A DNA stretch of 32,000 bases from Pseudomonas aeruginosa (lineage in GTDB: Bacteria; Pseudomonadota; Gammaproteobacteria; Pseudomonadales; Pseudomonadaceae), in contig NZ_LN831024.1 of NCBI RefSeq assembly GCF_001457615.1, forward strand, positions 3,030,001-3,062,000, read 5' to 3'. The translations under genes were made by a program, and so were the position numbers. Positions within the stretch are counted from its first letter, which is position 1. Every line of letters begins with the position of its first letter. Shown here in pieces: positions 1-9,139 of this stretch. The notes under the pieces were generated by a model, which had not been told where the DNA came from, searched no databases, and was given only the letters and a program-made list of their open reading frames with translations.

Positions 1-176
1 TCGATGACCTCGACCCGCGCGCCGAAGGCGCGGAAGCGCTCCACCGTGTCGTCGCTGGAGCGGCTGTCCACCACCAGGATGCTGTCCGGCTGCCGCCGTT
101 GCGCGGCCAGGGCCGGCAGCAGCCGGTCCAGGTGCGCGCCGGCGTTGCGCGTGGGAATGACCAGGGCGCAGCGCAT
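1..176 (-). CDS. pslC: Family-2 glycosyltransferase, 5' portion only (runs off the left edge). Position and sequence fit pslC.
   Basis: Absent from the ORF track because it has no stop in the window. The reverse-strand ATG at 174-176 overlaps the pslB stop (176-178) by 1 nt. The translation MRCALVIPTRNAGAHLDRLLPALAAQRRQPDSILVVDSRSSDDTVERF is a typical GT2 N-terminus. Confidence 0.75.
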   Translation of the reverse strand, partial: MRCALVIPTRNAGAHLDRLLPALAAQRRQPDSILVVDSRSSDDTVERFRAFGARVEVI

Positions 177-1642
177 CAGGCTTTCTTCTCGTCGCTGGCG
201 GGGGCGCGACCGTATATGTCGTTGAAGCGGACGATGTCGTCCTCGCCGAGGTACTCGCCGCTCTGTACCTCGATCATCACCAGGTCGATGATCCCCGGGT
301 TGCTCAGGCGGTGGCTATGCCCGGCGGGGATGAAGGTGGATTCGTTGGTGTTGAGGAGAAACTCGCGCTCGCCATTCTCCACCAGCGCCATGCCGCTGAC
401 CACGATCCAGTGCTCGCTGCGATGGTGGTGCATCTGCAACGACAGCGAAGCCTTGGGGCGCACCACGATGCGCTTGATCTTGAAGCGGCGGCCTTCCTCG
501 AGCACGGTGTAGGTGCCCCAGGGCCGGCTGACCGTGCGGTGCAGGCGGAAGGCGTCGTGGCCGCGACGCTTGAGTTCCTGGGCGACGAACTTGACGTCCT
601 GGCTGCGCGCCGCGTCGGCCACCAGCAGGGCGTCGGGGGTGTCGACGATGATCAGGTCGTGCACGCCGACGGCGCCGACCAGGCGCTTCGGCGAATCGAT
701 GTAGCAGTTGCTGACGTCGTGCAGCACGCTCTCGCCGCGTACCTGGTTGCCGTTCTCGTCCGCCGCGCTGAGTTCGCGCAGCGCCTGCCAGGAGCCGATG
801 TCGCTCCAGCCGATGGAGCAGGGCACCACGGCGACCTTGTCCGAGCGCTCCATCAGCGCGTAGTCGACGGAGATGTCCGGCGCCTCGGCGAAGGCCCCGG
901 CGGCCAGCTCGCGCTGGCGGCACTGGCCGTTCTCCAGGCTGCTGCCGTCGGCCAGGGCGGCGCGGGCGGCGATCAGCACCTCCGGCGCGTGGCGCTCCAG
1001 TTCCTGCAACACGGTGGCGGCCTGGAAGCAGAACATGCCGGCGTTCCACAGGTACTTGCCGCTGTCCAGGTAGGACTGGGCGGTGGCCTGGTCGGGTTTC
1101 TCGACGAAGCGTGCGACCCGGAAGCCGTTGCCCAGCGGGGCGCCCTGTTCGATATAGCCGAAGCCGGTCTCGGCGCGCTCCGGGGTGATGCCGAAGGTCA
1201 CCAGGTAGCCTTGGGCCGCGAGTCCGCGAGCCTCGGCCACCGCCGCGGCGAAGGCCTGCTCGTCGCGGATCAGGTGGTCGGCGGGAAGGATCAGCAACTG
1301 CGCCTGGTCGCCGAAGTGCTCCTGCACATGCAGCGCGGCGGCGGCGATGGCCGGCGCGGTATTGCGTCCCATCGGCTCCAGCAGCAGGTCCTGGGCCAGG
1401 CCGCTGCGGTTGACCGCGCGGTAGTCGTCCAGGGTACGGAACAGCAGATCGCGGTTGGTCACCGTGAGCAGGCGGGCGACGTCCGGCAGCCCGGCGATAC
1501 GCAGGAAGGTCTTCTGCAACAGGCTCTGGTCATCGGCCAGGCGCATGAAGGGTTTCGGCATGCTCTCCCGGGAAACCGGCCACAGGCGGGTCCCGGAACC
1601 GCCGGAAACGATGCAGGGGATCAGCGGGGCGACGGCGTTCAT
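176..1642 (-). CDS. pslB: Bifunctional mannose-1-phosphate guanylyltransferase / mannose-6-phosphate isomerase (PslB/AlgA/WbpW type)
   Basis: ORF 176..1717, trimmed to the internal Met (MNAVAPLIPCIVSGGSGTRLWPVSR, a nucleotidyl-transferase G-rich loop). This gives 488 aa, the length I recall for PslB. It has a C-terminal cupin/PMI part (HHHRSEHWIVVSG). Its start overlaps the pslA stop by 1 nt. Confidence 0.9.
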   Translation of the reverse strand: MNAVAPLIPCIVSGGSGTRLWPVSRESMPKPFMRLADDQSLLQKTFLRIAGLPDVARLLTVTNRDLLFRTLDDYRAVNRSGLAQDLLLEPMGRNTAPAIAAAALHVQEHFGDQAQLLILPADHLIRDEQAFAAAVAEARGLAAQGYLVTFGITPERAETGFGYIEQGAPLGNGFRVARFVEKPDQATAQSYLDSGKYLWNAGMFCFQAATVLQELERHAPEVLIAARAALADGSSLENGQCRQRELAAGAFAEAPDISVDYALMERSDKVAVVPCSIGWSDIGSWQALRELSAADENGNQVRGESVLHDVSNCYIDSPKRLVGAVGVHDLIIVDTPDALLVADAARSQDVKFVAQELKRRGHDAFRLHRTVSRPWGTYTVLEEGRRFKIKRIVVRPKASLSLQMHHHRSEHWIVVSGMALVENGEREFLLNTNESTFIPAGHSHRLSNPGIIDLVMIEVQSGEYLGEDDIVRFNDIYGRAPASDEKKA

Positions 1643-3078
1643 CAGTAGACTTCCTTGGTCAGGAGTACGGCTGGCACCGTACGGAACAGGATGTAGAGGT
1701 CGAACCACACCGACCACTTGGCGATGTATTCGAGGTCGTATTCCACGCGTTTCTTGATCTTGTGCAGGGTGTCGGTCTCACCCCGGTAGCCGTTGATCTG
1801 CGCCCAGCCGGTGATGCCGGGCTTGACCCGGTGGCGCGAGCTGTATTCGCTGACCGCCTCCTCGAAGGGAATGCCGGCGGCCTTGGTCGCGGTGGCGTGG
1901 GGGCGCGGGCCGACCATCGACATGCTGCCGGCGAGCACGTTGAACAGCTGCGGCAGCTCGTCGATGCTGGTCTTGCGGATGAAGCGGCCGACCCGGGTGA
2001 TGCGGTCGTCGTCGCGGGTGGTCTGGCGTTCGGCGTTGGCGTCGGTCCTTTCCGTGTACATCGAGCGGAACTTGAAGACCCAGATCAGCCGGTTGTTGTA
2101 GCCGTAGCGTTTCTGCCGGAACAGCACAGGCCCCTTGGAGTCGAGCCTGATCGCCAGGGCCACCAGGGCCATCAGCGGGGCGAAGAGGACCAGCGCGATG
2201 CTCGCCAGGACCAGGTCCTCGCAGCGCTTGATCAGCGGCGACCAGCCGCGCAGCGGCAGCTCGGACGCGTTGAACATGGGGATCCCGGAGACATCGACGA
2301 TGCGGTTGTGGGCATGCCGGAAGGCAGCCATGTCCGGCACCAGCAGGACGTTCACCGGCAATTGCCGCAGGCGATGGACGATGGCGCCGATGCGCCCCTC
2401 GGCGAACCAGGGCAGGGCGACCAGCACCTGGTCGACCTGTTCCTGGCGGATCAGCTTCTCCAGGTCCTTGGTGTTGCCCAGCAGCGGCAGCGAGTTGTAG
2501 TTCTCCGGGACCCGCTCAGAGCGGTCGTCGATGAAGCCGATGATGCCGGAGCGGATGTCGTGGTTGCGTACCAGGTATTCGGCCAGGTGCATGCCGCTCT
2601 CGGTGAAGCCGAGGATCACCGTGCGTTGCAGGTACATGCCGCGTTTCATCCAGGCCCGGTACAGGCGCAGCACCAGCAGGCGCTGCACGCCGAACAGCAG
2701 CAGGCTGCCGGTGAACCAGAAGATCACCAGCTTGCTGCTGAGGTAGGGAAACAGGCCCAGGCCCTGGTACATGAACAACAGCAGGCAGAACGCCGAGGCC
2801 CAGGCGAAGAACATGATGCGGAAGCGCAGGCGGTTGCTGAAGATATCGTCGGAGTAGACGTCCAGTGCCTGGAACATGATCACCGTGAGCGCGCCGAAGA
2901 ACAGCAGCAGCCCGAGCATGTTGCTGCGCAGCTCCACGGGAACCAGGCCGGGGTAGTACAGCAGGAACAGCGCCGGGGCGATGGCGGTGAGCGCGTGTAC
3001 CAGTTTGGTCGCGACCAGGAAGTACTCGATGAATCCAGCCCGTGTCAGCGACAGGCTATCTACCGACTTCGAATGCAT
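1642..3078 (-). CDS. pslA: Undecaprenyl-phosphate sugar phosphotransferase (polyprenyl glycosylphosphotransferase), initiating enzyme of Psl synthesis
   Basis: ORF 1642..3147, trimmed to MHSKSVDSL, giving 478 aa, the length I recall for PslA. Multi-TM N-terminus and a conserved C-terminal bacterial sugar transferase domain (PVLFRQKRYGYNNRLIWVFKFRSM...DELPQLFNVLAGSMSMVGPRP). Confidence 0.9.
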   Translation of the reverse strand: MHSKSVDSLSLTRAGFIEYFLVATKLVHALTAIAPALFLLYYPGLVPVELRSNMLGLLLFFGALTVIMFQALDVYSDDIFSNRLRFRIMFFAWASAFCLLLFMYQGLGLFPYLSSKLVIFWFTGSLLLFGVQRLLVLRLYRAWMKRGMYLQRTVILGFTESGMHLAEYLVRNHDIRSGIIGFIDDRSERVPENYNSLPLLGNTKDLEKLIRQEQVDQVLVALPWFAEGRIGAIVHRLRQLPVNVLLVPDMAAFRHAHNRIVDVSGIPMFNASELPLRGWSPLIKRCEDLVLASIALVLFAPLMALVALAIRLDSKGPVLFRQKRYGYNNRLIWVFKFRSMYTERTDANAERQTTRDDDRITRVGRFIRKTSIDELPQLFNVLAGSMSMVGPRPHATATKAAGIPFEEAVSEYSSRHRVKPGITGWAQINGYRGETDTLHKIKKRVEYDLEYIAKWSVWFDLYILFRTVPAVLLTKEVY

Positions 3079-3088
3079 GTTGTTTGCT

Positions 3089-3105
3089 CTGCCGATCACG
3101 GGCAG
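3089..3105 (-). promoter_or_regulatory. Small stem-loop in the pslA leader, directly upstream of the start codon
   Basis: CTGCC/GGCAG 5-bp stem with a 7-nt loop, ending 10 nt from the ATG where a Shine-Dalgarno would sit. An AUGGA (GGA) sequence lies directly 5' of it on the mRNA (3106-3110). This is compatible with the published idea that psl translation is controlled at the RBS by RsmA. Assignment is weak. Confidence 0.3.
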
Positions 3106-3142
3106 TCCATTGAGTGGATAGGGAAGAGCAAGGCGGTGAAGC

Positions 3143-3156
3143 GTCAATTTAGTGAC
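3143..3156 (-). promoter_or_regulatory. FleQ-box-like site (proximal) upstream of pslA
   Basis: The minus strand reads GTCACTAAATTGACGCTT. It matches the FleQ consensus as I remember it (GTCaNTAAATTGACNGTT) at nearly all defined positions. It lies 65-78 nt upstream of the pslA ATG. Confidence 0.5.
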
Positions 3157-3281
3157 TATTTTTCATTTGCCACGCGGTTTAGTCATTTTCCCGTCGAATA
3201 GGTTCATTCGTCGATAGTGGCTTTGTGATAGCTATCTTAGCATTCCCAGGGAAATATCCGTAGTCTGGGTAAGTTTTTTTA

Positions 3282-3295
3282 GTCAATTTATTGAC
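3282..3295 (-). promoter_or_regulatory. FleQ-box-like site (distal) upstream of pslA
   Basis: GTCAATTTATTGAC is a perfect GTCAAT/ATTGAC inverted repeat. The minus strand reads GTCAATAAATTGAC, the same core as the proximal box. It sits 139 bp from that box in the AT-rich psl upstream region. Confidence 0.5.
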
Positions 3296-3610
3296 GTATT
3301 TCTGGCGCCAAACTTTTATCCAAACAGTAGACGAGGAAATCTGACGCCGCCAATCCGCGAGCGCTCTGGCCTGAGAAGCGAAGCGGGGTGAAAGGTGAGG
3401 GCAGGCCGCTCGGTCAGGTGGCCAGCCGCCGGTTCGAAGACCCGCCTGTCCACTGGCGCTGCGGGCTGCCTGGGCAGGATGCGCCTGCGGTTCCATGACG
3501 CAGGTTGGCCGTTCGAGCGTGCCGGTCCGACCTGGGGGGCTTGGCGGACGTTGTCCGTTGCCCTCGTCGAAGGCGGAAGAGGTTCGGGCCCGCGGCGTGC
3601 GCGGACGGCT

Positions 3611-4207
3611 CTACCAGAACCAGCCGCCGCGCGACAGCTCCTGCTGGCAACTGCGGTACTGGGCGCCGAACAGCGAGGCGCGGGACTGGACCTTCTGCGA
3701 GACGTTCTTCAGCCATGGCTTGGCGTCGTAGCTGCGGTTGCGGTAGCCGCCCCAGCCCTCGTGGTAGTTCAGGTACTGGCCGTAGGCGTCCCACTTGGAG
3801 ACGCCGTTGACCCGCTGGCTCTTCTGGATGTACCAGCCCATGAAGTCCAGGGCGTCGGCGAAGTCGTCGCGGCTGGCGCCCCAGCCGCCGGCCTCGCGCT
3901 TGTAGTCGGCCCAGGTCTCGTCCTTGGCCTGGGCGTAGCCGTAGGCGGAGCTGACCCGGCCCCAGGGGATGAAACCGAGGAAGTAGTAGCGCGGCGGCAG
4001 GGCGTCATGCTTGAAGGAAGATTCCTGGTACATCATCGCCATCGGCACCTGGACCGGCGCGCCCCAGCGCTGCTGCATCTTCAGCGCCGCCTCGTGCCAT
4101 TTCGGTTTTTCGCGGAAGATCTCGCAGAGGTTGTCGGGATTGGCGGGGGGCTTGGTGGCGCAGCCGGCAAGAGCCAGGAGCAGGGCCGGCATCGAGAGCC
4201 GCAGCAT
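3611..4207 (-). CDS. Lipoprotein with an SLT-like (lytic transglycosylase-like) domain
   Basis: ORF 3611..4282, trimmed to MLRLSMPALLLALAGC (signal peptide plus LAGC lipobox). MMYQESSFKHDA resembles the catalytic-Glu motif of SLT domains. Confidence 0.7.
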   Translation of the reverse strand: MLRLSMPALLLALAGCATKPPANPDNLCEIFREKPKWHEAALKMQQRWGAPVQVPMAMMYQESSFKHDALPPRYYFLGFIPWGRVSSAYGYAQAKDETWADYKREAGGWGASRDDFADALDFMGWYIQKSQRVNGVSKWDAYGQYLNYHEGWGGYRNRSYDAKPWLKNVSQKVQSRASLFGAQYRSCQQELSRGGWFW

Positions 4208-4324
4208 GAAAGGGGTCCTTTGGCAGACGTCTGGGTCGCTTAACGCTGGCGCTTTATACCCGCTTTCCGGCACTCCATGCATCCCCAGGCCGATTCCCTG
4301 CCTGCGGGGGGCGTCGGCGCTTCC

Positions 4325-5044
4325 TCAGGTCGGCCTGGGCGTCTCGGCCTGGCCGGGGGCTCCCTCCAGGCGCGGCCCCCAGTCCTCGACCTGGCCTTTT
4401 TCCAGGCGCCGCTCCAGGGTGCGCCGCCAGGATGGCGTCAGCGGCAGCGCCAGGCACTGGCGCAGCAGCTCGGCGTCGGCCCGCCTGTCGAACAGCACCT
4501 CGGACAGGCGCAACAACGACCAATCCGGATGGCGCCGTTCGACCAGTTGCAGGATATCGCCAGCCGCCACCACGCCTTCCTCCAGCACCCGGTAGTACCA
4601 GCCGGTGCGCCCGGACTCCTGCACCCTCAGGGACATCCCGGCGACCTCGAAGCGGTCGTTGAGCTTCCAGCAGGGCATGCGCCCCTGGGACACTTCCAGC
4701 AGCGCGGTCCCGGCCCGCACGCGGTCGCCGAGGCAGACGTCGGCTTCGCTCCAGCCGCTGGTGCTGAAGTTCTCGCCGAAGGCGCCCGCCTGCATCAGCA
4801 GGGGGTGTTCGCCCAGTTCGGCGATCCAGGCGGCGTAGTGTTCGCGTGGGTAATGGTGGATCGCTTTCTCGACGCCGCCATGGACGCGCAGGTCGCCCTG
4901 TTCGTCGCCTTCCAGGCCGACGGGGGTGACCCTGAGCGCACCGTCGCGCGGAGACTTGGCGATGCCGCTGCGCGAGCCGGGGCGGGTGAAGGGCCGGGCG
5001 CGGCCGGTGAGAAGGGCATCCAGGGGTAGGGCAGGCAGGGGCAT
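4325..5044 (-). CDS. MOSC domain-containing protein (YiiM-like)
   Basis: 239-aa ORF. GDLRVHGGVEKAIHHYPREHY and LEVSQGRMPCWKLNDRF, with the conserved Cys, are typical of the MOSC beta-barrel family. Confidence 0.8.
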   Translation of the reverse strand: MPLPALPLDALLTGRARPFTRPGSRSGIAKSPRDGALRVTPVGLEGDEQGDLRVHGGVEKAIHHYPREHYAAWIAELGEHPLLMQAGAFGENFSTSGWSEADVCLGDRVRAGTALLEVSQGRMPCWKLNDRFEVAGMSLRVQESGRTGWYYRVLEEGVVAAGDILQLVERRHPDWSLLRLSEVLFDRRADAELLRQCLALPLTPSWRRTLERRLEKGQVEDWGPRLEGAPGQAETPRPT

Positions 5045-5221
5045 GGGAGGGTTCTCTAAGATGCAAGATGGTATCGACTAAATACAATATAGAGTCCGCC
5101 AAGCCTTCGCCCGCTGTCAAGCCGCCAGACCCTCCGGATGCGTCGATAGCCTCGGCGAGCCGGGGGCATCCAGGCCCCCTAGTTGAGCTGCCGTGGGGTC
5201 CCGACAGGAAACCGCAAAGGC

Positions 5222-5248
5222 GCCGGACGTCGCGATACGACGTCCGGC
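5222..5248 (-). terminator. Rho-independent terminator candidate for the SDR gene
   Basis: Perfect 11-bp stem (GCCGGACGTCG / CGACGTCCGGC) with a 5-nt loop, 12 nt below the SDR stop. On the minus strand it is followed by CGCCTTTGCGGTTTCC, which is only moderately T-rich. Confidence 0.55.
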
Positions 5249-5259
5249 ATCGGCGGCCC

Positions 5260-6000
5260 TCAGCGCAGCCCGTAGCCCTTGTCGACGATCAACTCCTGGC
5301 CGTAGAGCCCGGCGGATTTCGACGACAGCAGGAACATCACCACGTCGACGATTTCCCCGGGGCTGAGGAAGCTGCCGTCGACCAGGCGCTGGTTGATGCT
5401 CCGGGTGACAGACTCCGCCTGGGCATCGCTCAGGCCCAGCGACGCCCATATCGGGGTGGCGGTAGGGCCGGGGGAGACGAGGTTGATCCGCACGCCTTTT
5501 TCTGCCCATTCCACCGCCAGCGTCCTGGCCTGGGCGATCAGGGCCGCCTTGGAAGCGATGTAGGCGGCGAGCCCGGGGAAGGTCACTTGGCTGAGGAAGG
5601 TACCGATGAAGACTACGCTGGCCGGTTTGCTCGTTTGCCGGCTGAGCACGGAAAAGGTGTTCAGCGCCCCGGCGCCGTTGACCCGCCACTGCTGCTCGAA
5701 CGCCAGGCTGTCCAGGCCGTCGGCGAGCTGGGCGATGCCGGCGTTGGGTACCAGGTAATCGACGGGGCCGATGGACGCGGCACGCGAAGCCAGGGCGTCC
5801 AGGTCCCGTTCGCGGGTGACGTCGCCCGCCAGCCAGTGCAGACGCTTGCCGGAGTGGGCGTGCAGGCTTTCCGGCGGTCCTTCGCGCCTTGCCATCGCCA
5901 GGACAGTCGCGCCGTGCCCGAGCAACGTTTCGGTCAGTTTCAGGCCGATGCCGGAACTCGCGCCGGTGACGACGGCGAACCGGTCGTTGAATTCACTCAT
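5260..6000 (-). CDS. Short-chain dehydrogenase/reductase (SDR family oxidoreductase)
   Basis: 246 aa. TGASSGIG cofactor motif at the N-terminus and YxxxK (YIASKAAL) catalytic motif. Confidence 0.9.
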   Translation of the reverse strand: MSEFNDRFAVVTGASSGIGLKLTETLLGHGATVLAMARREGPPESLHAHSGKRLHWLAGDVTRERDLDALASRAASIGPVDYLVPNAGIAQLADGLDSLAFEQQWRVNGAGALNTFSVLSRQTSKPASVVFIGTFLSQVTFPGLAAYIASKAALIAQARTLAVEWAEKGVRINLVSPGPTATPIWASLGLSDAQAESVTRSINQRLVDGSFLSPGEIVDVVMFLLSSKSAGLYGQELIVDKGYGLR

Positions 6001-6049
6001 GGGAATCCCTCGTGGGGTGATGGAGATACGGGTCTTCGATAGGGATGGA

Positions 6050-6412
6050 TCAACGCGAGAGCGACGGGGCAGGGATGAGGCGGATGCCCTGTACCTGCAC
6101 CTGGTCGCCGGCGTCGAACCGGGCGTTGGGAGAGCGGAAGCGTTCGGTCGTGCCGTCCTCGTAGCGAACGGTGTAGGCGTTTTCGCTCAGACCGGTTGCC
6201 TGCTGGACGGAGGCGCCTCCCAGGGCTCCCAGCGCGGCCCCGGCGATAGCGCCCAGGGGACCGCCGAGGGCCGCGCCGACCATGACGCCAACCACGCCGC
6301 CGGCGCCGTAGCCGACCGTTCGGTCCCTATCTGCGGAAATCACTTCGGCGGAGTGGGCGAGGGGAGTCGTGGTTGCCAGGGCCAGTGCGATGAGGGGGAG
6401 CATGTGTTTCAT
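6050..6412 (-). CDS. Glycine-zipper (2TM-type) small secreted or outer-membrane protein
   Basis: ORF 6050..6487, trimmed to MKHMLPLIALALATTTPLAHSAEV (signal peptide). It has a long GxxxG-rich segment (GYGAGGVVGVMVGAALGGPLGAIAGAALGALGGA). Confidence 0.7.
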   Translation of the reverse strand: MKHMLPLIALALATTTPLAHSAEVISADRDRTVGYGAGGVVGVMVGAALGGPLGAIAGAALGALGGASVQQATGLSENAYTVRYEDGTTERFRSPNARFDAGDQVQVQGIRLIPAPSLSR

Positions 6413-6761
6413 GGGAAATCCTGAATGGGAAGGAGTCGCCATTGGCTTTCCATTTCCCATGCCAGGTTTTTTATTGATGTAGATCAATGATTTGAAGGTC
6501 TATGAGTCATATTGACATGATCTTTTTGCGGTCGTAATGACCCGCATGTAGTCGGTTTGACTCTGCGCCGATGACAGTTTCGGGCGCTTCGGAACGGCCT
6601 CGTCGATGACGCTCAACGATCGGGGCGAGCGGGGCATTCGACCGTTTGAGCAGGCCCGCACGATCGGGCAAGGACTCCCGAGGAATAGGCAATGACGAGG
6701 AGGGGAGGATGCCCAATAGTGACCGCGAACGAATGTCGGCGGCTGCGCTACGGTTGTCGAA

Positions 6762-7856
6762 ATGCCAGACAGGAATAATGACGCTTTGAAACTTCCCTCG
6801 ATACGGCGAGCCGCCATCGGCGGACATCACGATTCCCCGCAATTGCGCCAGGGGCGTTTCCACAATCTCAGCCCCAGGCCGGCGGACATGCCGGCACCCG
6901 GTGCCCGGGTGCTCTGGAACGCGCTTTTCAACAAGCCGAGAAGCACCGTCCCGCGGCAGCCTTTACCCGTGCTCAGCCCGAGTCGTGCCGAGCTCGATGC
7001 GACCGTCGATGGCAGTCTGTTCCGCCTGGGTCATTCGACCTTGCTGCTGAAACTGGCCGGTAGCTGGTGGTTGACCGACCCGGTATTTTCCGAGCGCGCC
7101 TCGCCGTTGCCGTTCGCCGGGCCGAAGCGTTTCCATGCGCCGCCGGTGGCATTGGCGGATCTCCCGCCGATCCGTGGGGTAATTCTTTCCCACGATCACT
7201 ACGACCACCTGGACCGCGCCGCGATCAAGGCCCTGGTCCCGCTCGTCGAACTGTTCCTGGCGCCGCTCGGCGTAGGCGACCGCCTGCTGGCCTGGGGCGT
7301 ACCGCCAGGCAAGGTGCGCCAACTGGACTGGTGGCAAGGTATCGAGGCTGGCGGTTTGCGCCTGACTGCCACGCCGGCACAGCACTTCTCAGGCCGTGGG
7401 CTACATGATGGGAACCGTACGCTGTGGTGTTCCTGGGTGATCGAAAGCGCCGAACTGAAGCTGTTCTTCAGCGGAGACAGCGGTTACTTCGATGGTTTCG
7501 CCGAGATTGGCCGCCGCTACGGACCGTTCGATCTGACCATGCTGGAAACCGGCGCCTACAACGAACATTGGCCGTACGTGCACATGCACCCGCAGCAGAC
7601 CCTCCAGGCTCACCGGGATCTTGGCGGGCGCTGGCTGCTGCCGATCCACAACGGCACCTTCGACCTGGCCATGCATGCCTGGTACGAGCCGTTCGAACGG
7701 ATACTCGAACTGGCCACCGAACACGGCGTGCGGGTTTCCACGCCGATGATGGGCGAGCGGATCGACCTGCAAGCACCGCATGCCGGCCGACGCTGGTGGC
7801 GCGAAGTGGTCGACAGCGAAACGCAGGTGCAGGGTTACGGCTGTTGCAGAAGCTAG
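6762..7856 (+). CDS. MBL-fold metallo-hydrolase (COG2220 / NAPE-PLD-like Zn hydrolase)
   Basis: HDHYDHLD metal-binding motif. GRFHN near the N-terminus is typical of this family. The start is uncertain, with no clear SD at 6762. Confidence 0.8.
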   Translation: MPDRNNDALKLPSIRRAAIGGHHDSPQLRQGRFHNLSPRPADMPAPGARVLWNALFNKPRSTVPRQPLPVLSPSRAELDATVDGSLFRLGHSTLLLKLAGSWWLTDPVFSERASPLPFAGPKRFHAPPVALADLPPIRGVILSHDHYDHLDRAAIKALVPLVELFLAPLGVGDRLLAWGVPPGKVRQLDWWQGIEAGGLRLTATPAQHFSGRGLHDGNRTLWCSWVIESAELKLFFSGDSGYFDGFAEIGRRYGPFDLTMLETGAYNEHWPYVHMHPQQTLQAHRDLGGRWLLPIHNGTFDLAMHAWYEPFERILELATEHGVRVSTPMMGERIDLQAPHAGRRWWREVVDSETQVQGYGCCRS

Positions 7857-8574
7857 GTCGGCGAGCGATCGCACGAGGGCTCCAGACGGAAGCCGCCATG
7901 GAGTCGCTTCGAAATGCGTGATGCCTGCCCTAGGTCCTGTGAACCTGTAGATTCGCATAATGTATATTATGTTAAATTGTGTAAATCGTTTATTAGACCC
8001 TTGCTCTTTTGCGCTCCGTTCCCGCTTCCATGCTTGGTTTGAAGCCTTCAGTCGAGTCCCACACCTCGACGGCTTGCTGCCCAGGTTAAATCCCGGACAG
8101 ATTTGGCAGCACCCGCACAAGACCTCTGCTACCTCCTTCGCACGGAGCCGATTGCAACAATGCGGTATCGCCCGACACGGACCCGACATGAGCAAATGCC
8201 CGTCTGCACGCTGAATATCGCGCAGCCATGAAGCTGCATCTGTACCGCGGCTCATTGGCCCCATGGCTGATTTTTTCACCCTGTGCCACGTACTCGCAGC
8301 CTGCCGGCTGCTCTGGCACTCCGTCTGGACAATGGATTGGCAATCAACAGTCGAATGGATACATCGACGTTGAATGCATTGGGACGACGTCCGCTGTCTT
8401 GGGTCGAAACCGGAACATGACATGAAGATGAAATTGTAGGTATGTTCCATTGACGATGACGGCGCTGCTGCGGCAAGCGCCGTCCTGCATTGAATATTAA
8501 AAAAGTGCTCTGGCGGGACTCATCTTTCTATTTGAAGATGAAACCAGCAGGCAACCATAGCAGAAGGACGACGG

Positions 8575-9117
8575 ATGTCACCTAGCCCCTCCCCCGACGA
8601 GCGTCGGCTTGTATTCGAAGCGCGCCGACTGACCATTGAAGCACTGGTGAAAATCTATCTTGAGCAGGTTTCTTCCTCAAGGAACCTGGTGACGGTCTAC
8701 CTTCGCCTCATGTTCACGTTGTCACTCGGTGCCCTCGCCGGCGTGATAACTCTATATGGGACCATGCTTCGCTTTGGCACTTCGGCCAGTATCAGCATGA
8801 TCACTCCCCTGGAGGTGGTTCTTGCTATCGCAGCGCTTGCGGCCCTGGTCACTTCGGCTCTGCTTTCCGCGCGTGCGCTCCAGAAAAGTGCATTCGATGT
8901 CGCTCCGCTCTTGCATAACCCATTTCCAAGCGCGGACTCGGTGATCGATTCAATATTCGATGCAGACGATATCGATGAGCGGCAAATACTCAGAAAGCTT
9001 TATTTCGCCCTGGACAAGACTGTCGAGCATCAGCCTCCTCTCAGGCTCAGCACTCGTCTGATCACCCTCTTCCTTATTGGCGGTCTTTTCCTGACCGGGG
9101 CATCCTTTTTACTGTGA
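8575..9117 (+). CDS. Hypothetical membrane protein (3 predicted TM segments), no family recognised
   Basis: 180-aa ORF with a GAAGGA SD 7 nt upstream. Hydrophobic stretches: LMFTLSLGALAGVITLYGTML, VVLAIAALAALVTSALLSA, LITLFLIGGLFLTGASFLL. By eye it is AT-richer than the flanks. Confidence 0.55.
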   Translation: MSPSPSPDERRLVFEARRLTIEALVKIYLEQVSSSRNLVTVYLRLMFTLSLGALAGVITLYGTMLRFGTSASISMITPLEVVLAIAALAALVTSALLSARALQKSAFDVAPLLHNPFPSADSVIDSIFDADDIDERQILRKLYFALDKTVEHQPPLRLSTRLITLFLIGGLFLTGASFLL

Positions 9118-9139
9118 AGAGCGCGTTCGGTCTTTATGG

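Noticed and set aside
3179-3810. Several 78-126-aa ORFs in and around the psl upstream region (3179..3496-, 3395..4243+, 3414..3794-, 3495..3731+, 3505..3810+)
   Set aside because: They overlap each other and the lipoprotein gene, lack SD sequences and give Arg/Pro-rich products. The region is better explained as the pslA promoter and leader plus the lipoprotein 3' end.
8401-8413. GGGTCGAAACCGG, superficially like a tRNA T-arm (an island-border attachment site?)
   Set aside because: No acceptor, D or anticodon arms can be folded around it. It does not match the GGTTCGAATCC consensus.
7401-8450. 349-aa minus-strand ORF
   Set aside because: Half of it is antisense to the well-supported MBL hydrolase. 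The rest runs through the AT-rich gap. No motifs, an implausible composition and no SD.
8575-9117. Possibility that the 180-aa membrane protein is a 2-TM abortive-infection or defence effector (SLATT-like)
   Set aside because: This rests only on a generic two-helix hairpin plus one extra TM. No partner nucleotide cyclase, nuclease or other defence gene is adjacent. I cannot support it from sequence alone.
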